Of a DNA stretch of 64,000 nt, positions 42,770 through 51,804 are shown one piece after another (within the stretch, counting starts at the first letter, position 1; the number at the start of each line of letters is the position of its first letter). Under the pieces are notes generated by a model. The model saw nothing but the letters and a program-made list of their open reading frames with translations. It made no database searches and was not told where the DNA came from. The DNA is from Acholeplasmataceae bacterium UBA6150 (GTDB taxonomy: Bacteria; Bacillota_I; Bacilli_A; Acholeplasmatales; UBA5453): NCBI GenBank assembly GCA_002423145.1, contig DIUU01000002.1, positions 2,194-66,193 on the forward strand. Direction: 5' to 3'. Position numbers and translations under genes: made by a program.

Positions 42770-44254
42770 ATGAAAAAGATTTTTGCATTACTGTCTTTTG
42801 TAGTCATGGTTTTCGTTTTGATTGGTTGTGGCACCACAAAACCCATACCAGATCCAGATCCGAATCCAGATCCAAATCCAGATCCAACCGAAACAACGTA
42901 TGATTTAGGTGGGATTGATTTTGTTGTCATGTGTGATTTAGCAATCAAGTGTGACCCAAGAAGTGCATCATATGAACGCTTATTTAAACAAGAAAAAGTC
43001 GATAAGATTACGGCCGTAGAAAAAAAGTACAACGTCAAAGTTGTATTTAGAAATTACCCAACCAATGCATCATGGGGTGGAGCTAGAGAACGTTACATTA
43101 TCGAGGAATCGGCATTAAAAACCCAAGCAGTTCATGTATACGAAATCATTTCAACTTCGATTCCTAACCTTGCACAACAAGGTGCTATCGTACCTCTAGA
43201 TGATTATATCGAAGCCTATGGTTCAAGTTTATTTTGGCCAGAGAAAAAAGCCTATGGTGAAGTCAAAGGCAAACATTATGGTTATGACGATCAATATCCA
43301 ATTGCAGACAAAGGTTTGTATTACAATATCGATTTGTTAGCAAGAGTTTTAGGTGAATCTAGAAAGAATGAACCAGCACAACTATGGGCTGCGGGTAATT
43401 GGAACTGGACAACATTCAGTGCGCTAGCAAATGAATTAAAGTCCAAACTCGATCACACAAGAACCGATGAAAACGGTGGTGCACAATACGTATTTGGTGG
43501 TAGAACCTACAACTGGGCATACGGTTTTATTGGTGCAAATGGTGGCCAATTGGTCGATGCACAATTTAAAACACATTTAACGTCTCAACCCGTATTAAAT
43601 ACATTAGAATATTTAGCAGGATTATATGCAGTCGAAGGTATGTGGATTGATAATGCTAATTTATCCAATACTTCACAACCACAATTTACAGCAGGTAACG
43701 TTGTATTTCAAGATGGGGAATCTTGGCATATCAACGCATCTAATAAATGGGGAAGTGCAAACTTTAAAATCGATTATGTGCCATACCCAGTTGGACCAAA
43801 TGTCGGTTCAGACATGTCGAAATATAAAGTGCTTCAAGTCGGTGGAAAATCTACACATGTGATTTCATCTTCCTTCTCAAAAGCCAATATTCCAGCAGGA
43901 TACGAAGATCTCTTGATTCACGATGAAATCATATTCAAGATTTGGAAAGATATGCAGTATTTCCCAGCGACTGTCGAACAAATACAAGATGATTTTTATA
44001 ACGTTCGTTTACTCGCGAATTACACAACAGAGTTATCTCGTAATATCCATCTAGATTTAATAAGTATTACTAAACCTGATTATTTCTATAGTGTCATTGA
44101 GTCACAAGCTCAAACAGATACGTCTTTTATGATCATGATTCAACAGTCAATTCGTCAAGCAGAAGTGCGCTCGATTATGACATCCACTGAAGCCAACTTA
44201 AGAGCTCTTTTACAAGAACGCTTTAATTTAGGGTCAGATTATTACAATAATTAA
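42770..44254 (+). CDS. ABC solute-binding lipoprotein
   Basis: Lipobox LIGC, Pro-Asp/Asn linker, YDLGG, VEKKYNVKV, YYNIDL, GNWNWTTF, VPYPVGP. Confidence 0.85.
   Translation: MKKIFALLSFVVMVFVLIGCGTTKPIPDPDPNPDPNPDPTETTYDLGGIDFVVMCDLAIKCDPRSASYERLFKQEKVDKITAVEKKYNVKVVFRNYPTNASWGGARERYIIEESALKTQAVHVYEIISTSIPNLAQQGAIVPLDDYIEAYGSSLFWPEKKAYGEVKGKHYGYDDQYPIADKGLYYNIDLLARVLGESRKNEPAQLWAAGNWNWTTFSALANELKSKLDHTRTDENGGAQYVFGGRTYNWAYGFIGANGGQLVDAQFKTHLTSQPVLNTLEYLAGLYAVEGMWIDNANLSNTSQPQFTAGNVVFQDGESWHINASNKWGSANFKIDYVPYPVGPNVGSDMSKYKVLQVGGKSTHVISSSFSKANIPAGYEDLLIHDEIIFKIWKDMQYFPATVEQIQDDFYNVRLLANYTTELSRNIHLDLISITKPDYFYSVIESQAQTDTSFMIMIQQSIRQAEVRSIMTSTEANLRALLQERFNLGSDYYNN
42848..42886 (+). repeat. Hexanucleotide tandem repeat encoding the PDPDPNPDPNPDP linker
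   Basis: Degenerate (CCAGAT/CCGAAT/CCAAAT)n in frame. Confidence 0.85.
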
Positions 44255-44262
44255 TAAAGAAA

Positions 44263-44287
44263 GCGTCAAAGCCTGTCGCTTTGACGC
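44263..44287 (+). other. Intergenic stem-loop after the SBP gene
   Basis: GCGTCAAAGC-CTGTC-GCTTTGACGC 10 bp stem, no clean U tail. Confidence 0.65.
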
Positions 44288-44318
44288 CTATCTTTGTGTC
44301 TAAATAGTGAGGTTAAAA

Positions 44319-44903
44319 ATGAAAAAAGTCGTTTTTATGGGTGATTCTATCACTGCAGGTTTCAAACAACTCAATGAATTCTCTCATGTTAAAAATATGG
44401 GAATAGGTGGCTATAAATCTACAGAATTGATTCCACTTGTAAAAGAACTCCGATGGGAACAGCCCGACGTATTGTTCTTAATGATAGGTATCAATGATTT
44501 TTTGTGTAATAAGCGCTATTGGCCCCACGGTTATACCATTCCTTTTGATAAAACATACGACGTGTTATTAGATCTAATAACAACCAATTTGCCAAGAACG
44601 AAAATTTACTTGTCCTCTATTTTACCTATGAGTGGACGCAGTGAAGGACTATTGGTAGAAGAAAATGTCTATCGATTTAATCAAGAGATTGATGTGATTA
44701 ATCAATTCATTGTTCAAAAATCAAAAGCGTATAAATGCACCTACTTGGATTTGAATTCAATTTTCAAACAAGATGGGCTACTACACAAAACGTATACCAT
44801 CGATGGGATTCATTTATCTGAAACAGGCTATACGGTTTACTTGAATTACCTAAAAGCGATTGAACCTGAACTCTTTAAAGACAAAGGTAAGGAGACATTA
44901 TGA
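44319..44903 (+). CDS. SGNH/GDSL hydrolase (putative O-acetylesterase)
   Basis: FMGDSIT, NMGIGG, IGIND, DGIHL. Confidence 0.9.
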   Translation: MKKVVFMGDSITAGFKQLNEFSHVKNMGIGGYKSTELIPLVKELRWEQPDVLFLMIGINDFLCNKRYWPHGYTIPFDKTYDVLLDLITTNLPRTKIYLSSILPMSGRSEGLLVEENVYRFNQEIDVINQFIVQKSKAYKCTYLDLNSIFKQDGLLHKTYTIDGIHLSETGYTVYLNYLKAIEPELFKDKGKETL

Positions 44904-46273
44904 AGAAAATAATTTTAATACTGACTTTATGTATATTAGTGACTGGACTGGTGGCTTGTCAATCGACTCCGATCATCGATCCAGACCCAACCCCTGACCC
45001 AAATGATGAACTACTACTGAACGATAAGATTGCACCGCTTTTGTCATTTATTGACGCGTCAAAAAGAAATGTTTCAGTACCTCAAAATGGTGACTTCAAT
45101 ATTTTTGAGGGTTTGAGAGCATTCGATAATTTAGAAGGTGATATCTCTCATAAAATCGAAGTTGATATAGTCAATTTTGATATCAGTACACCAGGCACCT
45201 ATGAGGTAATATTCTTTGTTACAGATCGCGCTGGAAATGCTTCGAATTTTATCTATAAAACCATTACGGTTACCCCAGTATATTCGATTCTTGCAAAACA
45301 TCCGATTTATACGGAAATCATCATGAATGAAGTAGGTGCGCCTACACCGCCGTCCTGTTTCCAAGGGGCGTATTATCATAAAGTTTTCTCATCAAAAGAC
45401 TATTGGACAGGCATAGAAGCAGAAGTAACATTGCCGATGCCAGATATCAATCGATATGAATCGTCTTACAATGATTCTCTAGATATTGACCCTAATGCGC
45501 GGAATTTAGACAACCCATCGTTATACATGGGAGGACATGCCTTAACCGAATCCGATGTGGGGTTATCTCTAAAAACCGCCTTATTTAGAAATAGTTCAGG
45601 CGTAAATGCGATATCTGTAGGTTCTTATGCGTTTCGACCATTCTGGCGTTATATTACGACGCACAGTTATGATGCTGGGACTTATGATCGTCCAAACGGA
45701 CGTTTTTATAGTGTTTCCTGTACGGGCAGTGGAACCACCAAAAACTGTATCGCAAACTGGGATTTTCAAGATACCCAATATTATTACCTCCCAGGCGACC
45801 GTGTCAGAATGATCATTTACTCACCGAAACCCAACTGGTTACAGCTTCAAATTGAAGTCATCGAAGTATCCACACTTCCTTACTCAGTAGGTGTAAGGAC
45901 ATTCAATGGTTGGAAGCAACCTGAATCATTTATTTCACCGATATTTCCGAGTTCAGGACACGGTGATATGAAGGCGGAATTTAAACGTGTGAATGCAATT
46001 GACCAAGTAGCAAATGAAGGCAAACCAGCCCAAGCTTCTACAACTGTGGTACGTGAAGCCGTTTGGCACAACACCTATTTGTATAGAAAAATAAATGGTT
46101 TGACTTACCGTGTTCCAATGAATATGAACCGTGCAGCAGTTATGAACTGTCCATTAGCATCACAATTCCTCAGTTCTGGTATCGATGCATTAACCGGGGG
46201 GGAAACCGTCAGTATTTATGCGGCAGGGGTACCAACACTAGACTTACCTGCACCATATAAAAGGAAAGAATAA
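44900..46273 (+). CDS. Lipoprotein with Ig-like domain plus uncharacterised enzyme-like domain, paralogue 2 of 3
   Basis: Lipobox LVAC, PD linker, DKIAP..AFDNLEGD..PGTY..VTDRAGN Ig-like module, then the shared family motifs. Confidence 0.82.
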   Translation: MKKIILILTLCILVTGLVACQSTPIIDPDPTPDPNDELLLNDKIAPLLSFIDASKRNVSVPQNGDFNIFEGLRAFDNLEGDISHKIEVDIVNFDISTPGTYEVIFFVTDRAGNASNFIYKTITVTPVYSILAKHPIYTEIIMNEVGAPTPPSCFQGAYYHKVFSSKDYWTGIEAEVTLPMPDINRYESSYNDSLDIDPNARNLDNPSLYMGGHALTESDVGLSLKTALFRNSSGVNAISVGSYAFRPFWRYITTHSYDAGTYDRPNGRFYSVSCTGSGTTKNCIANWDFQDTQYYYLPGDRVRMIIYSPKPNWLQLQIEVIEVSTLPYSVGVRTFNGWKQPESFISPIFPSSGHGDMKAEFKRVNAIDQVANEGKPAQASTTVVREAVWHNTYLYRKINGLTYRVPMNMNRAAVMNCPLASQFLSSGIDALTGGETVSIYAAGVPTLDLPAPYKRKE

Positions 46274-46282
46274 GGGGTCACT

Positions 46283-47794
46283 ATGAAAAAAATAGCTATA
46301 TTACCGTTAGATGAAAGACCTTGTAATTTTCGTTTTAATCAATTATTAATTCAAGGCACACCTTATGAAGTTGTATCGCCTGATAAAGCCATATTGGGTG
46401 ATAAAAAGCAAAAAGGTAACTTAAAAGCCATCGAAACATGGTTGTTGGAAATCTCGAAATCAGTGGATGGTATTGTATGTGCTGTGGACACACTAGTCTA
46501 TGGTGGAATTGTGCCATCGAGATTACATATGGATGACACAAATACACTGTTAGATAGACTCCATATATTAAAAACCATTAGAGAACGACAACCAAAACTG
46601 AAAATATTTGCCTTTAATTTAATCATGCGTAATCCGAAGTATTCTAGTGCAGAAGAAGAACCGGATTACTATGAGTATTGTGGGCGCGAAATCCATCTTT
46701 ATGGGGTTTATGAACATAAACAATCCTTAGGCATTTTGACCGATACTGAAAAGACCCATTTCGAAACCATCAAATCGACCATCGATTCATCATCATTAAA
46801 TGATTATTTAGAACGACGAAAGAAAAATATTGAAGTGAATTTGGCTTTTCTAGATTTGATCGCTGATCACACCATTGATTTTGGAATCGTTCCTCAAGAT
46901 GACTCGAGTCCTTATGGATTGACAGCAATAGACCAAAAAATCATAAGAAAACGCATCAAAGAATTAAACATTGAACTGAACTGCTATATGTATCCAGGAG
47001 CCGATGAAGTCACCAATGTATTACTATCAAGGATGATCAATCATTACGAGAGTGTAAGACCTTTGTTTTACTTACAGTACGCTTCAATCACAGGTGGACA
47101 ACAAATTCCTTTGTATGAGGATAGACTACTTCACGAGACCATCAAGTATCAGGTTTTGGCAGCTGGTGGATTGTTGGTGTCTTGTATATCAGAAGCAAAC
47201 ATTCTATTGTTGGTTAATACACCTTCTAGCCACATGAAGGAAGCTTCAAATCAACATGAAGCATCACTAGAATACGATGCCTTTAGAAACCTTGTAGAAT
47301 ATGTTGAACTCGCAAGTTATGGCATAGAATTGGGTAAAAAAGTCATCATAGCCGATGTTGCTTATGCGAATGGTGGCGATTTAAACCTATTGAAACTACT
47401 AAAACAAAAAGGTATATTATATAAAGTTTCAGCTTATGCAGGGTGGAATACATCCTCAAATACCCTAGGCACTTGTATACCACAAGGAATATTGGATTTC
47501 ATTTTCCCAAATCGCAAAGAAAACACAAATTTCTTAGGTTTACGTTATCTTGAGGATTTTGGATATTGTTCCGTTGTTAGAAAACAAATAGCGGAAGACC
47601 TGACTTTACCTAACCATTATTTTATGTTAGATGGTAAACGTGGACAAGTTGTGAAAAACATCAAAGAAGCATTGACATCTTTTGTTAAAAAAGAACTCAA
47701 TGTAGAAGGATTTAAAGTGATCATCGATGATATTTACTCACCTTGGAATCGGATGTTTGAAACGGGGCTAGAAGTACATGTCGATCAAGATTAG
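46283..47794 (+). CDS. DUF4127-family protein
   Basis: LPLDERP, YGGIVPSR, QDD, YPGADE, DVAYANG, YAGWNTSSNTLG, PWNRMFE. Confidence 0.8.
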   Translation: MKKIAILPLDERPCNFRFNQLLIQGTPYEVVSPDKAILGDKKQKGNLKAIETWLLEISKSVDGIVCAVDTLVYGGIVPSRLHMDDTNTLLDRLHILKTIRERQPKLKIFAFNLIMRNPKYSSAEEEPDYYEYCGREIHLYGVYEHKQSLGILTDTEKTHFETIKSTIDSSSLNDYLERRKKNIEVNLAFLDLIADHTIDFGIVPQDDSSPYGLTAIDQKIIRKRIKELNIELNCYMYPGADEVTNVLLSRMINHYESVRPLFYLQYASITGGQQIPLYEDRLLHETIKYQVLAAGGLLVSCISEANILLLVNTPSSHMKEASNQHEASLEYDAFRNLVEYVELASYGIELGKKVIIADVAYANGGDLNLLKLLKQKGILYKVSAYAGWNTSSNTLGTCIPQGILDFIFPNRKENTNFLGLRYLEDFGYCSVVRKQIAEDLTLPNHYFMLDGKRGQVVKNIKEALTSFVKKELNVEGFKVIIDDIYSPWNRMFETGLEVHVDQD

Positions 47795-48536
47795 TGAACA
47801 CCTCATGGACGGGGTTCCACTAACGATTTATCAAAAAGACAATCAAATCATCAAACCATTGATCTATTTTTTCCATGGATTCTCTGGAAATAAAGATGCA
47901 AACATCATGGGTAGAGGTGAAGTTCTCGCAAACCTCGGATTTTATGTGGTCGCAATCGACGCATATCTTCATGGGAAACGCATGAGTGTACTGGAAACTA
48001 AACGCTCCAACATCGACAAATATCAAGATATCATCGAAATTGTGATGCATACAGCCCATGACGCCAAACGATTATTTCATAAATACTTTCAATATTTACC
48101 TGAGGTTGATTCCAACGCCTATTATGCATACGGCGTTTCTATGGGAAGCTTGACCGCATTTTATCTAGCCACCATCGATGATAAATTAAAAGCATTGACA
48201 GGGATTGTTTGTACCCCTTCTTTCCTCGAGTACTATCAAGATAAAGCGGTTATGTATGGCTTTAATGAAGGGTTCTTTTATGAAAAAAAGTTAGATTACT
48301 ATAAAATGGTTGACCCAATGAATCACCTTGAACAACTCAAACATAAAAAAATATTCATGGCAATTGGTATTCATGACCATGTGGTTAATCCACGATACGC
48401 AATTAAACTCCATGAATTATTACCTCAAACCATACTTAAATCTTATGATACAGGACACATCTCCACCCAAGAGATGCTTGAAGATAGTTATCACTTTATA
48501 GAACAAGAGGCTTTTCATGAAAGAAATCATTGTTAG
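47778..48536 (+). CDS. Alpha/beta-hydrolase esterase
   Basis: FHGF, DAYLHG.R, GVSMG nucleophile elbow, G..D.VV, TGH. Confidence 0.88.
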   Translation: MSIKISEHLMDGVPLTIYQKDNQIIKPLIYFFHGFSGNKDANIMGRGEVLANLGFYVVAIDAYLHGKRMSVLETKRSNIDKYQDIIEIVMHTAHDAKRLFHKYFQYLPEVDSNAYYAYGVSMGSLTAFYLATIDDKLKALTGIVCTPSFLEYYQDKAVMYGFNEGFFYEKKLDYYKMVDPMNHLEQLKHKKIFMAIGIHDHVVNPRYAIKLHELLPQTILKSYDTGHISTQEMLEDSYHFIEQEAFHERNHC

Positions 48537-49251
48537 AAAGCTACATTTGGATGGTATTCCTATTTCAATCTATGAAACCCAAGATACAACAGATAAACCA
48601 CTTATTTTTTCATTTCATGGATTTGATGGATATAAAGATGGCGATTACTTCAAACGTGAAGATGACTTAGCCAGACTGGGTTTTATCGTCGTCGGTTTGG
48701 ATTCCATATTGCATGGTGAACGACGAATTGCACCATTTGAAGCGAAAAGCTATGAAGAAAAGATGAAAGACATCAATCATTGTATATGTCAATCTGCAAT
48801 CGATGCTATATCATTGTATGAAAAATACTTAAAATACATGCCAAGAGTAAAACCCAATGAAGTATATGCAATTGGTGTTTCTATGGGTGGTGCAATCAGC
48901 ATCTATATGTCCACCCTATATCCGTTGAAAAAAGCAGTATCCATCGTAGGTTCACCATCGATGGTCGACTTTTATAAAATGAAGCAAAAAAAATATGGGT
49001 GGGAAGAAGATTTTTATTACGAGAGAAATATGGCTTACTATGCACAATTGGACCCATCCGAACACATGGATAAAATTAAATGCCCACTCTTTTTAACAGC
49101 CGGAATTCAAGATGAAGTTATCCCATTACAATTGATTCAATCATTTACAAAAGACAATATTACAGTAAAAACATATGATACAGGGCACATGCCCAATCAA
49201 GTACAATTCGATGACGCCTATCATTTTCTATTATCTAAGGAGGACGTGTAA
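48517..49251 (+). CDS. Alpha/beta-hydrolase esterase (tandem paralogue)
   Basis: FHGF, DSILHGER, GVSMGG, GIQDEVI, TGH. Confidence 0.88.
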   Translation: MKEIIVRKLHLDGIPISIYETQDTTDKPLIFSFHGFDGYKDGDYFKREDDLARLGFIVVGLDSILHGERRIAPFEAKSYEEKMKDINHCICQSAIDAISLYEKYLKYMPRVKPNEVYAIGVSMGGAISIYMSTLYPLKKAVSIVGSPSMVDFYKMKQKKYGWEEDFYYERNMAYYAQLDPSEHMDKIKCPLFLTAGIQDEVIPLQLIQSFTKDNITVKTYDTGHMPNQVQFDDAYHFLLSKEDV

Positions 49252-49254
49252 ATC

Positions 49255-50829
49255 ATGACAAAAAAATATCAAGCCGTTATTGTTGGTGGCTCATTGGGTG
49301 GCATCATGGCTGCCTATGCATTATCAAAACAAGGAATTCACACAGCCCTCATCGAAAGAACAGCATGGATTGGTGGACAGCTGACCAGTCAAGGCGTGCC
49401 GAGCGATGAACATGATTATATAGAATTTACAGGTGCAACAAAAACATACAGACACTTTCGAGAGCAAATTCGACAATATTACAGGAATCACCCAGATATT
49501 ATCGAGGACTTAAAGGATAAAGCTATTTTTAATCCAGGCAATGGCTGGGTTTCGAAAAATGCTGCCGATCCTAGATTATCACTAAAGTTATTACAAGCAC
49601 TATTACAACCCTTTATTGATCAAAATATACTCGATATTTATACAGAAACTTATGTCGTAGGTGCGAATAAAAAGGATAATACAATTCAATATATCGTTGT
49701 TCATCATCAAAACCAAGATATTATTTTTGAAGCGGACTATTTCCTAGATGCTACCGATGTAGGTGAATTACTACCAATGACAGAAACAGCCTACGTGACT
49801 GGTGCAGAATCTTTTGATGAAACACAGGAACCTCATGCACCAAAAGAAAAAAATCCAGCAGATATGCAACCCATTACGTGGATTGCAGCGATTGGATATA
49901 ATCCTAACAATATAGAAATATTGGAGAAACCAGACTTATACGAACAGTTTAAAAACCATGTGATGCCTTTTGGTGAATCGGTTCTAAGTTGGTATGCTGC
50001 TGGTTTAGAACAAGGTTCAAAACGGGGATTTTCCATGTTTGCATTAGGTGAATATAAAAACACACCAGCCATGTTTACATACCGTCAAGTGATTGAGAAA
50101 AATCATTTTAAACAAGGTGTTCCTTATTCTGTGACATTGATTAACTGGCCACAAAACGATTATTTCTTTGGAAATATTTACGACGATCCCAATAGCGAAT
50201 ATCATAAATATGCAGCAAAACAACTGACATTATCACTGATTTATTGGCTACAAACTGAAGCGAGAAGAGATGATGGGGGATTTGGTTACCCTGAAATATG
50301 CCTTGTTCCGGATGTTTTAGGGACCGCCGATGGATTTGCTATGGCACCATACATCCGTGAGTCTCGTCGAATAAAAGCATTATTTACCATCAAGGAACAA
50401 GACATCAATAAGCGATATGCAAAAAAAGCGCCACACTTTAGAGACCGAATTGGCATCGGACATTATCATATTGATTTACATATGACAACGAAAACAAAAA
50501 CCTACTTTTTTGATGAAACCCATCCATTTCAAATCCCTCTAGGAGCATTGATTCCAATCGAAACGACCAATTTAATTGCATCATGTAAAAATATTGGAAC
50601 AACCCACATTACCAATGGGTGTTATCGATTACATCCTGTGGAGTGGAATATTGGTGAAAGTGCAGGATATTTGGTCGCATTTGCGATAAAAAATAACATT
50701 TTTCCTAAGCAAATTTACGAAGAAGATACATGGTTAAAGGCATATCAAAATTTACTTACTAGCGAAGGTATTTTGATTGAATGGCCAAAGGAAGTCTTGG
50801 AGGGACATTATGAAAAAAGATTTAAATAA
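49255..50829 (+). CDS. FAD-dependent oxidoreductase (FAD_oxidored-type)
   Basis: IVGGSLGG, WIGGQLTSQGV, DATDVGEL, PYIRESRR, NIGTTHITNGCYRLHPVEWNIGE. Confidence 0.85.
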   Translation: MTKKYQAVIVGGSLGGIMAAYALSKQGIHTALIERTAWIGGQLTSQGVPSDEHDYIEFTGATKTYRHFREQIRQYYRNHPDIIEDLKDKAIFNPGNGWVSKNAADPRLSLKLLQALLQPFIDQNILDIYTETYVVGANKKDNTIQYIVVHHQNQDIIFEADYFLDATDVGELLPMTETAYVTGAESFDETQEPHAPKEKNPADMQPITWIAAIGYNPNNIEILEKPDLYEQFKNHVMPFGESVLSWYAAGLEQGSKRGFSMFALGEYKNTPAMFTYRQVIEKNHFKQGVPYSVTLINWPQNDYFFGNIYDDPNSEYHKYAAKQLTLSLIYWLQTEARRDDGGFGYPEICLVPDVLGTADGFAMAPYIRESRRIKALFTIKEQDINKRYAKKAPHFRDRIGIGHYHIDLHMTTKTKTYFFDETHPFQIPLGALIPIETTNLIASCKNIGTTHITNGCYRLHPVEWNIGESAGYLVAFAIKNNIFPKQIYEEDTWLKAYQNLLTSEGILIEWPKEVLEGHYEKRFK

Positions 50830-51802
50830 ACGTGTGGTACCCACACTAGATAGTCACTATACAGCAATGGATGCATTTAATAATGTCAACGTTTACGAAG
50901 GACAAATCATGGAAGAACTCGGTCCTCAACCCGCACCTAAATGTTTTTTAGGTGCATGGTATCGTAAAGTATACTCCTCAAAAGATGCTTGGTTAGGTAT
51001 CGAAGGCACCATCCGTTTAGGAGAATTTACACCCGACGAAAAACGTTATGGATCTGATGGTAGAACCTTTTGGGATCGCTATTTAGATAACCCTTCGATT
51101 TACATGGGAGGACAGTCTCAATCTGAATCCGATGCAGGATTGGGATGGATGACTGGTTATGAAACACTAGACACATCTGAACTGCTCAATTATGGTTCCA
51201 AGAAGATTTGTTACCGACCATTTTATCGGTATATTTATTCTGAAGCCATCGATATTGAAGGAAACGTGACAAGAAATAATGTTAATTCATGGAACGTGAC
51301 TGATCCAAAACGATTCGAATTCTACTATTTTCCAGGCGATCTCATCAAAATGAGTGTCTACAGTCCAATTGAAGATTATCTACAACTTCGCATTGAAGTC
51401 ATTGAACCTACCAGCATTCCTAAATACAAAAATCAACGAGAATTATATGGGTTAAAAAATAACCAACCTTCGATATATTTTAGCCCACTATTTTACAGTG
51501 AAGGTCATGGTCGATTGAATGCAGAATTCAAACGAGTTAATTCTATAGATCAGTATGGAAACGAAGGTTCTAATGTCAAACCTACCCACGCCACTGTTTC
51601 AGAAGCGACATGGGAATCTGTTTATTTGTATCGAAGAATAACTGATAAATTGATTAAAGTACCATTCATAAAACAAAGACAAACTGAAATGGTTTGTCCT
51701 AATCTTGAGTCCTTTTCCATAAAAACAACCGAAGCACTACAAGCGAAGGGTGGAGAACAAATTATGATTCATCCTAAACCTTTAACAGAGAGAGAAGTGT
51801 AA
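50810..51802 (+). CDS. Uncharacterised enzyme-like protein, paralogue 3 of 3 (no signal peptide)
   Basis: CFLGAWYRKV, LDNPSIYMGG..ESDAGL, YRPFYRYI, YYFPGD, GHG, KRVNSIDQYGNEG; ATG 50810 after GGAGG. Confidence 0.82.
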   Translation: MKKDLNKRVVPTLDSHYTAMDAFNNVNVYEGQIMEELGPQPAPKCFLGAWYRKVYSSKDAWLGIEGTIRLGEFTPDEKRYGSDGRTFWDRYLDNPSIYMGGQSQSESDAGLGWMTGYETLDTSELLNYGSKKICYRPFYRYIYSEAIDIEGNVTRNNVNSWNVTDPKRFEFYYFPGDLIKMSVYSPIEDYLQLRIEVIEPTSIPKYKNQRELYGLKNNQPSIYFSPLFYSEGHGRLNAEFKRVNSIDQYGNEGSNVKPTHATVSEATWESVYLYRRITDKLIKVPFIKQRQTEMVCPNLESFSIKTTEALQAKGGEQIMIHPKPLTEREV

Positions 51803-51804
51803 CT

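Noticed and set aside
42848..45006. CCAGAT-type short repeats in two lipoprotein genes considered as CRISPR or phase-variation tracts
   Set aside because: In-frame degenerate hexamers encoding Pro-Asp linkers; no spacers, and unit changes would not shift the frame
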